A stretch of 32,000 bases of DNA, taken from positions 2,610,001 through 2,642,000 of the forward strand of contig OY776328.1 in assembly GCA_963675515.1 (NCBI GenBank), written 5' to 3'. The position numbers and the translations under genes are program-made. The notes beneath the pieces are model-generated. The model saw nothing but the letters and a program-made list of their open reading frames with translations, had not been told where the DNA came from and did no database searches. Numbering within the stretch: position 1 is the stretch's first letter; every line of letters starts with the position of its first letter. This document shows positions 7,079 through 15,741 of this stretch, piece by piece. Source of the DNA: Coprobacillaceae bacterium. Lineage in GTDB: Bacteria; Bacillota_I; Bacilli_A; Erysipelotrichales; Coprobacillaceae.

Positions 7079-9805
7079 TTATTTGTTTACGACGCTGTCG
7101 CAACGGATGCAAAGTTCCCCTTCAAGCTCGTCTGCCTCGAAGTAGTTCCAGCATCTTGGACATTGATGTCCCTGGAATTTCTCCACTTTCACATAAGCGG
7201 CATCGAACTCTTCGTAGTCGGTCGCATCGGTTACTTCCACCTTAGCCACGATGAAAAGCTGGTTAAGATCTTTCATTTTGGCGATTTGCTTGTAACCTTC
7301 TTTCAGGCTCAGGTAAACCTTGGCTTCCATGTTCGATTTGATGACTTTTTCATTGCGCAGGTTTTCGAGCGCCTTCAACACGTCCTTGCGGACATCGAGG
7401 AACTTGTCGAAGAATTCCTTAAGTTCCCCCTCGCCATCGATCGCGAACGCTTCTGGCATCGCTTCAAGGAAAATCGATTCCTCTTTTTCCCTGTCGCAGT
7501 TGAAATGGTCATGAAGTTCTTCGGCTGTGAAAACCAAAGTCGGTGAAAGAAGCTTCATCAGCACTTTGCCATGATGGTAAAGGACTGTCTGGACCTGCCG
7601 GCGCCGCATACTGTCGGCTTTTTCGAGATAAAGGATATCCTTGGTGAAGTCCATATAGAATGAAGACAGGGTGTTGGTGAAGTAGTTGAGAATCTCGTGG
7701 TTGGCCTCGGCGAAATCGTAGTTTCTAAAAGCCTCATGATAATTTTCAATCAGATCATTCAGCTTTGAAAGCATGTATTGGTCGACCTGGGCAAGTTTGT
7801 CATTTGCCACAATGTCGCTGTCCTTGAAATCGTCAATGTTTCCAAGAATGAAACGCATCGTGTTGCGGATCTTGCGGTATGATTCCGCAACTTGCTTGAT
7901 GATGTCATCGGAGATTCGGACATCCTGGGTGTAGGCAACGCTGGTCGCCCACAACCGGACAATGTCAGCACCGTACTGGTTCATCAGCTTCATCGGATCG
8001 ACGGTATTGCCCAGCGATTTAGACATCTTGTTGCCTTTTCCATCGAGTACGAATCCATGGGACAGGACGGTTTTGTAAGGAGCCTGTCCATGGGCTGCGG
8101 TCCCGATGATCAGTGACGAGTTGAACCACCCGCGATATTGGTCCGAACCTTCAAAATAAAGGTCAACCGGATAACGGTATCCCCTTTCCTTGATGACACC
8201 GGTATGTGATGAACCCGAATCGAACCAGACATCCATGATGTCCGTCTCTTTCTTGAAGATTCCATTAGGTGAGTGTTCGTTGGCATAGCCTTCAGGCAGG
8301 AGGAAATGCTCGTCCTTTTCGAACCAGATGTTCGACCCGTTTTCCCGGAAAAGCTTTGAGATATGGTCGAATACCGCCTTTTCCATGATCGGCGAACCAT
8401 CTTCGCAATAGATGATCGGAATCGGAACACCCCATGAACGTTGGCGGGAAATGCACCAGTCGCCGCGGTCCCTGATCATGTTGTGGATCCGGATCTGACC
8501 CCATTCGTTGAGCCAGTTGACTTTGGCGATTTCATCAAGCAGTTTCGCGCGGATCTTGTCTACCGAGCAGAACCATTGGTCGGTCGCCCTGAAGATGATC
8601 GGTTTCTTGGTCCGCCAGTCATGGGGATAGCTGTGCTTAATGAATTCCAGTTTCAACAGCACACCCAGCTCATCGAGTCTTTGGGTAACTGTCTTGTTGG
8701 CGTCATCGACATACTGACCTTCGAGCCATTCACCGGCGCTGGCCATCATTTTCCCATGAGCATCGACATTGCACAATGTTTCCAGCCCGTATTTTTGACC
8801 GACGATGAAATCGTCCGCCCCGAATCCCGGCGCAGTGTGGACACATCCGGTTCCGGCCTCTTCGGTTACGTGGTCACCCAGGATGACCAGTGATTCGCGG
8901 TCATATAAAGGATGGGCACAGGTGATGAATTCAAGCTGCTTTCCTTGGTAGACGGCCTCGATTTCGTATTCATCGATCCCGAATTTTTCCATCAGTGAAG
9001 AAACAAGCTGTTCCAAGACAACAAGCTTGCCTTTAGGTGTATTGACCACGGCATACGCCATGACCGGATTGAGACAGATACCCAGGTTCGCCGGGATTGT
9101 CCAAGGGGTTGTCGTCCAGATCACAAATGAGACATCACTGTTCAGAATCCCTTTGCCGTATTTGACTGGGAACTTGACGAAGATTGTCGGTGACTTGATG
9201 TCATGGTACTCGATTTCCGCTTCGGCAAGTGCCGATTCCGAAGAAGGCGACCAGTAGACCGGCTTCAACCCTTTGAAAATCAGGCCGTCAAGAGCCATCT
9301 TGGCGAACACGTCAATCTGGTTGGCTTCATATTCCTTCATCAATGTCAGATATGGATGCTCGTAATCGGCAAAAGTTCCCATGCGGATGAGCTGTTCCAT
9401 CTGGTTGTTGACCTGTTTGTAGGCATACTCTTCGCACTTTTTGCGGAATTCGACAACCGGCATCTTTTTGCGGTTGACACCTAGCTTCTGGATCGCATTC
9501 TCGATTGGAAGACCATGGGTGTCCCACCCGGGAATGAAAGGTGTGTAGTTGCCGATCATGTTGTTGTAACGGCAGATGACATCCTTCAATACTTTGTTCA
9601 ACATATGCCCGGCATGGAGGTTTCCATTGGCATAGGGCGGTCCATCATGGAAGATGAAGCTTTCATTGCCTTCATTTCGGGCGATGACTTTGTCATACAT
9701 TTTGGCATCCTGCCAGCGTTTGACATAGTTGGGCTCCTTTTTGGGCAGATTTCCTCGCATTTCGAATGCGGTTTTTGGCATTAACAGGGTATCTTTGTAA
9801 TTCAT
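7079..9805 (-). CDS. ileS: Isoleucine--tRNA ligase
   Basis: 908 aa. HIGH motif as PPYANGNLHAGH, KMSKS present, and a C-terminal CPRCW...CIRC zinc motif. An Ile T-box leader lies upstream. Confidence 0.97.
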   Translation of the reverse strand: MNYKDTLLMPKTAFEMRGNLPKKEPNYVKRWQDAKMYDKVIARNEGNESFIFHDGPPYANGNLHAGHMLNKVLKDVICRYNNMIGNYTPFIPGWDTHGLPIENAIQKLGVNRKKMPVVEFRKKCEEYAYKQVNNQMEQLIRMGTFADYEHPYLTLMKEYEANQIDVFAKMALDGLIFKGLKPVYWSPSSESALAEAEIEYHDIKSPTIFVKFPVKYGKGILNSDVSFVIWTTTPWTIPANLGICLNPVMAYAVVNTPKGKLVVLEQLVSSLMEKFGIDEYEIEAVYQGKQLEFITCAHPLYDRESLVILGDHVTEEAGTGCVHTAPGFGADDFIVGQKYGLETLCNVDAHGKMMASAGEWLEGQYVDDANKTVTQRLDELGVLLKLEFIKHSYPHDWRTKKPIIFRATDQWFCSVDKIRAKLLDEIAKVNWLNEWGQIRIHNMIRDRGDWCISRQRSWGVPIPIIYCEDGSPIMEKAVFDHISKLFRENGSNIWFEKDEHFLLPEGYANEHSPNGIFKKETDIMDVWFDSGSSHTGVIKERGYRYPVDLYFEGSDQYRGWFNSSLIIGTAAHGQAPYKTVLSHGFVLDGKGNKMSKSLGNTVDPMKLMNQYGADIVRLWATSVAYTQDVRISDDIIKQVAESYRKIRNTMRFILGNIDDFKDSDIVANDKLAQVDQYMLSKLNDLIENYHEAFRNYDFAEANHEILNYFTNTLSSFYMDFTKDILYLEKADSMRRRQVQTVLYHHGKVLMKLLSPTLVFTAEELHDHFNCDREKEESIFLEAMPEAFAIDGEGELKEFFDKFLDVRKDVLKALENLRNEKVIKSNMEAKVYLSLKEGYKQIAKMKDLNQLFIVAKVEVTDATDYEEFDAAYVKVEKFQGHQCPRCWNYFEADELEGELCIRCDSVVNK

Positions 9806-9821
9806 TTGTTTCTCCTCTCCA

Positions 9822-10033
9822 ATAAAAAAAGTCCTTAAAAATTAAGGACGAATTATCGCGGTACCACCTTAGTTAGTGTGCAGGCACACTCGCTTGAAGT
9901 CTTAACGGGACCAGCGGCTCCTCCTACTGAATTTCAAAGGGCTGCTCAAGAGTGATTCATCGCTAGTTTAACCCCTAGTTTTCACCGGCCACTAGGTCTC
10001 TGTTGACGCCACTAACGAACTGTCTCTATCAAA
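9822..10033 (-). promoter_or_regulatory. T-box riboswitch leader, Ile specifier (AUC)
   Basis: The minus strand carries the conserved T-box AAGGTGGTACCGCG (9857-9870). It also has the terminator GTCCTTAA-AAA-TTAAGGAC plus T7 (9824-9849), a stem I start TGATAGAGACAGT, and a distal GGTGAAA. The specifier context GA-AUC-ACUCUUGAGCA has its codon at 9956-9954. Confidence 0.88.
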
Positions 10034-10037
10034 GCAT

Positions 10038-10490
10038 TTAGTTTTTTGTTTTTTCTTCTTCGATGATTGTGAAAAGCTCGGAACCATCAATGGTGTCCAG
10101 GATATCCTGTGACATCTTGACCACCGCCTTGCGAAACGAAGTCGCCTTTTCCTTGAAATCATCCATTTCTCCCGAAAGAGAGCGCACATACTTAAGCGAC
10201 TCGCCTAAAATCAGGTTCGCATTATGCTTGGCTTTGTTTATCAGCGTCGACGCTTCCTTCAAAGCCATCCGGGCAATCTGCTCCTGGGTCTTTTCAAGCA
10301 CATCGACCCGGTTCATCGCCTTTTCAAGCTGCGCATTGACCTGTTCGAGTTCGCTCTGTTTTCTTTGCAGGGAGGTTTCGAGTGTTTCTATCTGGCTTTG
10401 ATAATCGCTGATCTGATCGGTCAAAGATTTGAATTTTTGATTTACTTCGCTTTTGGAATAGCCAAAAAGCGCGCTGCGAAACTCTTTCAT
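10038..10490 (-). CDS. divIVA: DivIVA-domain coiled-coil protein (short)
   Basis: MKEFRSALFGYSKSEVNQKF resembles the DivIVA N-terminal domain (K.F......GY...EV..F) and is followed by a long coiled coil. ATG 10490 has AAGGAAGAG upstream. The track start at 10523 overlaps ylmH, has no SD, and remains an alternative. The position between ylmH and ileS is the canonical one. Confidence 0.75.
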   Translation of the reverse strand: MKEFRSALFGYSKSEVNQKFKSLTDQISDYQSQIETLETSLQRKQSELEQVNAQLEKAMNRVDVLEKTQEQIARMALKEASTLINKAKHNANLILGESLKYVRSLSGEMDDFKEKATSFRKAVVKMSQDILDTIDGSELFTIIEEEKTKN

Positions 10491-10503
10491 CCCACTCTTC
10501 CTT

Positions 10504-11259
10504 TCAGGTATAAAAATATCCATCGATCACAAAATTGTTCGATTTTGTGGTCCGCCCGGTGAAATTCAACCGAACTTTGCCGTGCTTTTTAAAGGATATT
10601 ATATCGTTATTATTGCATAAAAAACTGATTTGTTCAACGGTTTTGTAATTAACTTTGACCATCCCGGATTCGATGGCCTCGACCGCCAGGGCGCGGTTGA
10701 TCTTGAATAGCGTGGCGATTATTTTATCAAGGCGGTAGGACGAGACAAAGAAGACTTCCTTTTTGAATTCGACTGTCGCATCGATGATCTGGTCCACAGG
10801 AGTGATTCTGACATTGAAAATCGCGATCTTCTTGAGGTTGCCGGTCACATATTCAACCTGCCGAGCGTCAACAGCGACAAAGAAGTCGCCATCCAGCTCG
10901 TAAATATCGCCAAAAAGTTCCCGCTTGAGTCCCAGTGACATCAAGGCCCCAAGAACATCCCGATGCTCGAGTTTCCTGAAGCGATCGGGATAGGAAATTT
11001 TTAGCACCTGCACCTGGTAATCATCCTGTTCGAGTTCGTAAAAGCTCGGGGCAATCACCATCCGGGCATACTCTCCACCCGCAAAGCCGCTAGAGGAAGA
11101 TACCTGCAACGAGGGATTTCCACCGACGAGCTGCTTTACGATTTCTATATGATAGGGATCAAGAAACGCTGTCCTGACAATTTTCATTTTGTCCATCGCC
11201 TGATTTTTTAGATCAATTATCTGGGAGATGAACAGCTCCTCGCCTTTGAAATACGCCAA
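10504..11259 (-). CDS. ylmH: YlmH family RNA-binding protein (S4 domain)
   Basis: 251 aa with FLDP...HRDVLGALMSLGLKRELFGDI and a C-terminal S4-like VKVNYKTVE motif, matching B. subtilis YlmH as recalled. It uses a TTG start 3 nt after the preceding stop. Confidence 0.85.
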   Translation of the reverse strand: MAYFKGEELFISQIIDLKNQAMDKMKIVRTAFLDPYHIEIVKQLVGGNPSLQVSSSSGFAGGEYARMVIAPSFYELEQDDYQVQVLKISYPDRFRKLEHRDVLGALMSLGLKRELFGDIYELDGDFFVAVDARQVEYVTGNLKKIAIFNVRITPVDQIIDATVEFKKEVFFVSSYRLDKIIATLFKINRALAVEAIESGMVKVNYKTVEQISFLCNNNDIISFKKHGKVRLNFTGRTTKSNNFVIDGYFYT

Positions 11260-11262
11260 AGG

Positions 11263-11541
11263 CTAAAACCCGCCAACCGTAATCGATCTGGGCGTGCAAA
11301 GATAGGTCTTAACTCCGAGATTGTGGATCTCGCCATCGATGCCGTAGATCACGCCGCTCAAAAAGTGGATCAGGTATGTCGAAGTCTGGTCATCGATCAG
11401 CTCCAGGTTGACGATAACGCTTTGGGCGTTTTTGAGATAGTCGGAGATGACCATCACTTCGTCATAGTTTCTGGGCTGATAGATGATATAGTCGCCATTT
11501 AAAAGAGTAGCGTCACTGCTTCCTGTAATATTAGTTTCCAT
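11263..11541 (-). CDS. SepF-domain protein, core only (no N-terminal membrane helix or linker)
   Basis: 92 aa. YIIYQPRNYDEVMVISDYLKNAQSVIVNLELID...IHFLSGVIYGIDGEIHNLGVKTYLCTP aligns along the SepF/DUF552 core. Own SD AAGGAG. Confidence 0.8.
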   Translation of the reverse strand: METNITGSSDATLLNGDYIIYQPRNYDEVMVISDYLKNAQSVIVNLELIDDQTSTYLIHFLSGVIYGIDGEIHNLGVKTYLCTPRSITVGGF

Positions 11542-11552
11542 AGCTCGCTCCT

Positions 11553-11915
11553 TTAATCTCCACCTAGCTGCCTTGCCACTTCAATATGGGCGGGCGTGCA
11601 CAAATAAATATCAACCCCGACTTCGAACATCTGTCCTTCCAGCACCAACAAGGCTCCCTGGACAAAGGTCAGCGTTTCGCTTTTGGCTTCGGTTGTAAGG
11701 TTGGTGATGTTTACTATTATCGAACGTCGGGCTTTCAGGTAATCGACAAACCTGCGCGTACCATTCGAATCCTCCGGTTTGAAAAAGACAATATCCCCAT
11801 CAACGGCCGCATCTATCTTATCTTCATAAGCCTGATTATCTAAGAGATTTCTTGAATTTGTTTCTTCTTCCTGGTCGTCGCCGCCTAGAAAGAAGTTGAT
11901 AATTGGATTTGCCAT
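11553..11915 (-). CDS. Divergent SepF paralog
   Basis: 120 aa with N-terminal MANPIINFFL, an acidic linker, and the core IVFFKPEDS...YLKARRSIIVNITNL...TFVQGALLVLEGQMFEVGVDIYLCTP. Own SD AGGAG. Confidence 0.75.
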   Translation of the reverse strand: MANPIINFFLGGDDQEEETNSRNLLDNQAYEDKIDAAVDGDIVFFKPEDSNGTRRFVDYLKARRSIIVNITNLTTEAKSETLTFVQGALLVLEGQMFEVGVDIYLCTPAHIEVARQLGGD

Positions 11916-11924
11916 ACTGGACTC

Positions 11925-12359
11925 CTACTCTTCGTCAAGGACGATTTCGCCGGTTACATTCATATTGTTTGGAGTGCAAAGGTAAGTTTTCTCACCCACA
12001 ACCTGGATTGTCCCGTCAATCGCGTAAATCACACCGCTCAAGAAGATGGTGACGCGTTTGGCCTCATCTTTGGAAAGCCGGTGCAGGTTGATAACAGCCG
12101 AACGGCTGTCTTTGAGCAACTTGGCGATAGTCTGGGTTTCATCAAAAGAACGCGGTTCGAACAGGACAAGATGCCCGTCACGGGTCGGATCGATGCTCTG
12201 GATCTTACGCGAATTATTGGTGGATTTAGGTTGTTCGAATTCATTTTGCACTGTTTTTTTCACTTCAACCGGTTCTTTTTTTTCCTCGTATACTCCGCCA
12301 AATTCATCTTCTTCATCTGGCTCGACAAAAAAATCCCGGATGCGATCATTTATTCCCAT
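11925..12359 (-). CDS. sepF: Cell division protein SepF (canonical-looking paralog)
   Basis: 144 aa with an N-terminal amphipathic MGINDRIRDFF (compare B. subtilis MSMKNKLKNFF), a charged linker, and the core LVLFEPRSFDETQTIAKLLKDSRSAVINLHRLSKDEAKRVTIFLSGVIYAIDGTIQVVGEKTYLCTP. SD TAGGAGGAA. Confidence 0.9.
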   Translation of the reverse strand: MGINDRIRDFFVEPDEEDEFGGVYEEKKEPVEVKKTVQNEFEQPKSTNNSRKIQSIDPTRDGHLVLFEPRSFDETQTIAKLLKDSRSAVINLHRLSKDEAKRVTIFLSGVIYAIDGTIQVVGEKTYLCTPNNMNVTGEIVLDEE

Positions 12360-12370
12360 TTTTATTCCTC

Positions 12371-13159
12371 CTACTTGCCGCTTGATGCCTTAACTCCCTC
12401 AATCAAAGCGTTTCTTAAACCGTTTTTCTCCAAGGCGTTTATGCCTTTTATAGTAATCCCCCCAGGCGAACACACCTGATCTTTCAGGATGCCCGGGTGA
12501 AGTTTTGTTTCCTTTTGCATCATCGCCCCGCCAAGAACGGTCTGGCTGACAAGCTCGTATGCCAGATCCCGGGGAACACCCAATTCGACGACACCGTCGC
12601 TTAAGGCCTCGATGATCTGGTAGACATATGCCGGTCCGCATCCCGTCAAAACGCTGGCTCCCTTGTAGACACTTGCAGGCAGAACCTTGACCGTGGCGAC
12701 TTTTGAGAACATGGCAACAATCGCCTCAAGTTCCTCCTGTTCAAGGTTGTTTTCCTGTTCGAAAAGGATCACACCTTGCGACACCTTGACCGGGGTGTTG
12801 GGCATCATTGTCACATGAGCGACTGAATCATCAAGAAGCGCGTGCAGGCGCTCAAAACTGTAACCAAGAACCATCGAAACGATTGTCTTGCCTGTTGTGG
12901 CATCCTTGATCTTTTTGATTACCGATTCAAGCTTGTCGGGTTTTACTCCCATTATGATTATGTCCGCTCCCCTGGCCACGTCCATCTCGCTGGAAGCCTT
13001 TGCCATCCCGTATTTGTCGGCGAAATAACCGACCTGGTTTTCCATGATGTCATAACCTATCGTCCTGGCAGGATCGATGGCGTCTGCTAGGATCAGCCCT
13101 TCAAACAGGGCCGAAGCCATGTTTCCAAGTCCGACAAATCCGATTGTCTTGTCAATCAT
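12371..13159 (-). CDS. proC: Pyrroline-5-carboxylate reductase
   Basis: 262 aa with the N-terminal IGFVGLGNMASAL NADP-binding motif and a C-terminal SPGGITI motif. The start overlaps the ftsZ stop as TAATG. Confidence 0.9.
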   Translation of the reverse strand: MIDKTIGFVGLGNMASALFEGLILADAIDPARTIGYDIMENQVGYFADKYGMAKASSEMDVARGADIIIMGVKPDKLESVIKKIKDATTGKTIVSMVLGYSFERLHALLDDSVAHVTMMPNTPVKVSQGVILFEQENNLEQEELEAIVAMFSKVATVKVLPASVYKGASVLTGCGPAYVYQIIEALSDGVVELGVPRDLAYELVSQTVLGGAMMQKETKLHPGILKDQVCSPGGITIKGINALEKNGLRNALIEGVKASSGK

Positions 13160-14223
13160 TATAAGCGTCTCATTCTGATGAATCCTGGCAGTTCATCTTC
13201 GTCTTCTTCCGGTTTCACGCTGCGCACCGGTTCGATATCGGTTTCGAATTTCACCGTCTTCTTGCTTGCCGGTTCTTCCTTGAACTGTTCGAATCCGGTT
13301 GCGATGACAGTCACGATAACCTCGTCGTCAAGATTTTCATTGATTGCAACACCCAGGTATGTATTGATGTCGTCTCCGACTTCTTCGGTGATCGTCTCCA
13401 AGGCGATATTCGCATCGAAAAGGGAAATATTCGGTCCCCCGGTGATGTTGATTATCGCATCGCGGGCACCTGCAACTGAAACATCAAGCAAAGGCGATGC
13501 GATTGCAGCCTGAGCGGCATCACGGGCCTTGTTATCACCTGAAGCCATCCCGATTCCAATCAGGGCATTTCCTTTGTCTTTCATAACCGAACATACGTCG
13601 GCGAAATCCAGGTTCATGAATGCCGGAATCGCGATAAGGTCAGTGATTGTCTGCACCCCTTGGCGCAGGACATTGTCGGCTTCTCCGAAGGCTTCCGACA
13701 TCGGACGGCCACCGATAAGCTGCAGGAGCCGGTCATTGGCAACGACGATGATCGAATCGACGTTCTTGCGCAACTCCTCGATACCTTCCATTGCCAGCTG
13801 GTTGCGGCGTTTCCCTTCGAACTTGAATGGACGGGTAATGATCCCCACGGTCAAAGCACCCATCTCTTTGGCGATTTTAGCGAACACCGGAGCCGCACCG
13901 GTTCCAGTACCGCCTCCCATTCCTGCAGCGATGAACACCATGTCGGCTCCATCAAGCACTTCGCGGATGTCATTTTCGGATTCCATGGCGGCTTTTTTAC
14001 CGACCTCGGGATTCCCGCCCGCACCAAGACCTTTGGTGATCTTGCCACCTAGAGCGATCTTGTTGTCCACTTTGGAACGTCTTAAAACCTGAACATCGGT
14101 ATTCGCAACAAAGAACTCAACCCCTTGAACCCCGTTTTCAACCATCCGGTTTACGGCGTTGTTACCGCCACCACCGACACCAATAACTTTTATCTTCGCA
14201 ACTTGTTCGTAATTTTCTTCCAT
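13159..14223 (-). CDS. ftsZ: Cell division GTPase FtsZ
   Basis: [17 protein letters not shown] and the tubulin signature [10 protein letters not shown] are present, along with the C-terminal peptide [12 protein letters not shown]. The start is set to ATG 14223 (SD GCGAGGA upstream) rather than the track start at 14250, which overlaps ftsA. Confidence 0.96.
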   Translation of the reverse strand: MEENYEQVAKIKVIGVGGGGNNAVNRMVENGVQGVEFFVANTDVQVLRRSKVDNKIALGGKITKGLGAGGNPEVGKKAAMESENDIREVLDGADMVFIAAGMGGGTGTGAAPVFAKIAKEMGALTVGIITRPFKFEGKRRNQLAMEGIEELRKNVDSIIVVANDRLLQLIGGRPMSEAFGEADNVLRQGVQTITDLIAIPAFMNLDFADVCSVMKDKGNALIGIGMASGDNKARDAAQAAIASPLLDVSVAGARDAIINITGGPNISLFDANIALETITEEVGDDINTYLGVAINENLDDEVIVTVIATGFEQFKEEPASKKTVKFETDIEPVRSVKPEEDEDELPGFIRMRRL

Positions 14224-14239
14224 TTTAGTATCCTCGCTT

Positions 14240-15496
14240 TTATTCATCATTAAATAAATTTTCCAGTATTTTGTTCACTCCCCTTTGGGGAATCGGATTC
14301 GACCTAGTCAGTCCCTTCAAGCGGACAGCCATCGTATTGGTTATCTCTTCCATGACCAGCGACGGAGTGTAGCCCCCTTGATATTTCGCTTTGTTGATCA
14401 TAAAATAAATCATCCCCAGACACGAGACATAGGCCATGTCCCTGACTCCGATGGTTTCTGGCCGATATAGGCGCACCGGGGCATTGAGGACTTGACTGGC
14501 CACTTCGGGAATCAGCTTGAGCTCGCTCCCTCCGCCAACCAGAATGATCTCATAGTTGTTGCCCTTGTCGATCAATTCGACTTTCTCCTTGATCTTCGCG
14601 AATACCGCCTTGGCGATTTCCCGATCAAGATGATGGAGATCCGCCAGAGTGTAATCCTTTTTTTCTTCGTCATAAACCACAGTATGGACGATGTCATCTT
14701 TGGAATGGCGGTCGAATATGCTGCCATACTTGATCTTGTACGTCTCACCCTGTTCGGGTGATATCTGAAAATTCTGATAAATGTTCCGGGTAAAATCATT
14801 CCCTCCATAAGGAACCACCGAAAGATACTTGAGATAGCCTTCCTTATAGAAAGAAACCGTCGAGGTTTTGAAACCCACATCTACCAGTATCGCCCCCTCG
14901 TTCATGTAGGCATCGTCGAACGCCTCCAGAGCGCAGGCATAGGCGCTGATGGAAACATCGAGGATTTCAAGCCCCGCATTTTCCACCACCCGCAAAAACG
15001 GGTAAAGCAATTTTTTGGGGCTGGTCACCACCAGGGAGTCGACCGCCAGGTTTCTTGATTTGACATCAAGAGGGACCTTGGAATTGGACCCCTGGTCGTG
15101 ATGGAAGCGTATCGGAATGACCGAGACCAGCTCCTCGTCTGCTTCCTTTTTGAAACGGGCCGATAAATCCAATATCCGCCTTATATCGTTACCAGTGATC
15201 TTGCTGCCCGAATCGGACAGGGATATCGAACTGTCGCTTTGGTAGATTCTTGACCCGATGGTCGGGATGATCAGCGCGATACTTCCGATCGTCGTCCCCA
15301 GGTAATCATTCGCCCTTGCGATTATCTTTTTGACATCTTCACTGGCTATTTCTTCATTTGCCACATAACCTTTACTAATGCCGTGACTTGCGGTCTTGTC
15401 CGCGTATAAAACATTGACATTAGTGTCTAGAACTTCGGCTACAACTAACTTTATTGTTGCGCTACCTATGTCTAATAATGCATAGATATTTCTCAT
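14240..15496 (-). CDS. ftsA: Cell division protein FtsA
   Basis: 418 aa with an actin-like ATPase N-terminus ([16 protein letters not shown]). It lies immediately upstream of ftsZ. Confidence 0.93.
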   Translation of the reverse strand: MRNIYALLDIGSATIKLVVAEVLDTNVNVLYADKTASHGISKGYVANEEIASEDVKKIIARANDYLGTTIGSIALIIPTIGSRIYQSDSSISLSDSGSKITGNDIRRILDLSARFKKEADEELVSVIPIRFHHDQGSNSKVPLDVKSRNLAVDSLVVTSPKKLLYPFLRVVENAGLEILDVSISAYACALEAFDDAYMNEGAILVDVGFKTSTVSFYKEGYLKYLSVVPYGGNDFTRNIYQNFQISPEQGETYKIKYGSIFDRHSKDDIVHTVVYDEEKKDYTLADLHHLDREIAKAVFAKIKEKVELIDKGNNYEIILVGGGSELKLIPEVASQVLNAPVRLYRPETIGVRDMAYVSCLGMIYFMINKAKYQGGYTPSLVMEEITNTMAVRLKGLTRSNPIPQRGVNKILENLFNDE

Positions 15497-15554
15497 TTAT
15501 TCCACCCCTGACAAAGCTTATTTGGATAATGTTGTTCCTAGAACTGCGAAACGT

Positions 15555-15596
15555 ATTATACTATTTAATTCTAGCATAATTTTATTCGGTTTTAAA
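15555..15596 (-). promoter_or_regulatory. Candidate ftsA-ftsZ promoter(s)
   Basis: The minus strand reads TTTAAA, a 17-nt spacer, then (TGC)TAGAAT (extended -10, 15568-15576), plus a second TATAAT at 15560-15555. The -35 lies inside direct-repeat copy 1. Confidence 0.35.
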
Positions 15597-15741
15597 CACT
15601 TTTAAGACACTTATGCCCTTAAAATCACAAATTTTAGATATCCGTAAAAGCCAATGGTAACCGCTTGTATTTTTAGTGTTTGAAATCGATTTGGAAATGT
15701 AATACAATTGACTTGAATATGATTGGCTGTCTTGAATGACA
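15578..15741. repeat. Direct repeat copy 1 (164 bp) flanking the IS1634-family element
   Basis: Matches 17695-17775 plus 19151-19234 base for base, except for one extra C in copy 2 (17759-17761 versus 15642-15643). Confidence 0.95.
15680..15708 (+). promoter_or_regulatory. Duplicated copy of the riboswitch-gene promoter, now facing into the IS1634 element
   Basis: TTGAAA, a 17-nt spacer, then TACAAT. It is identical to 19173-19201. Confidence 0.45.
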
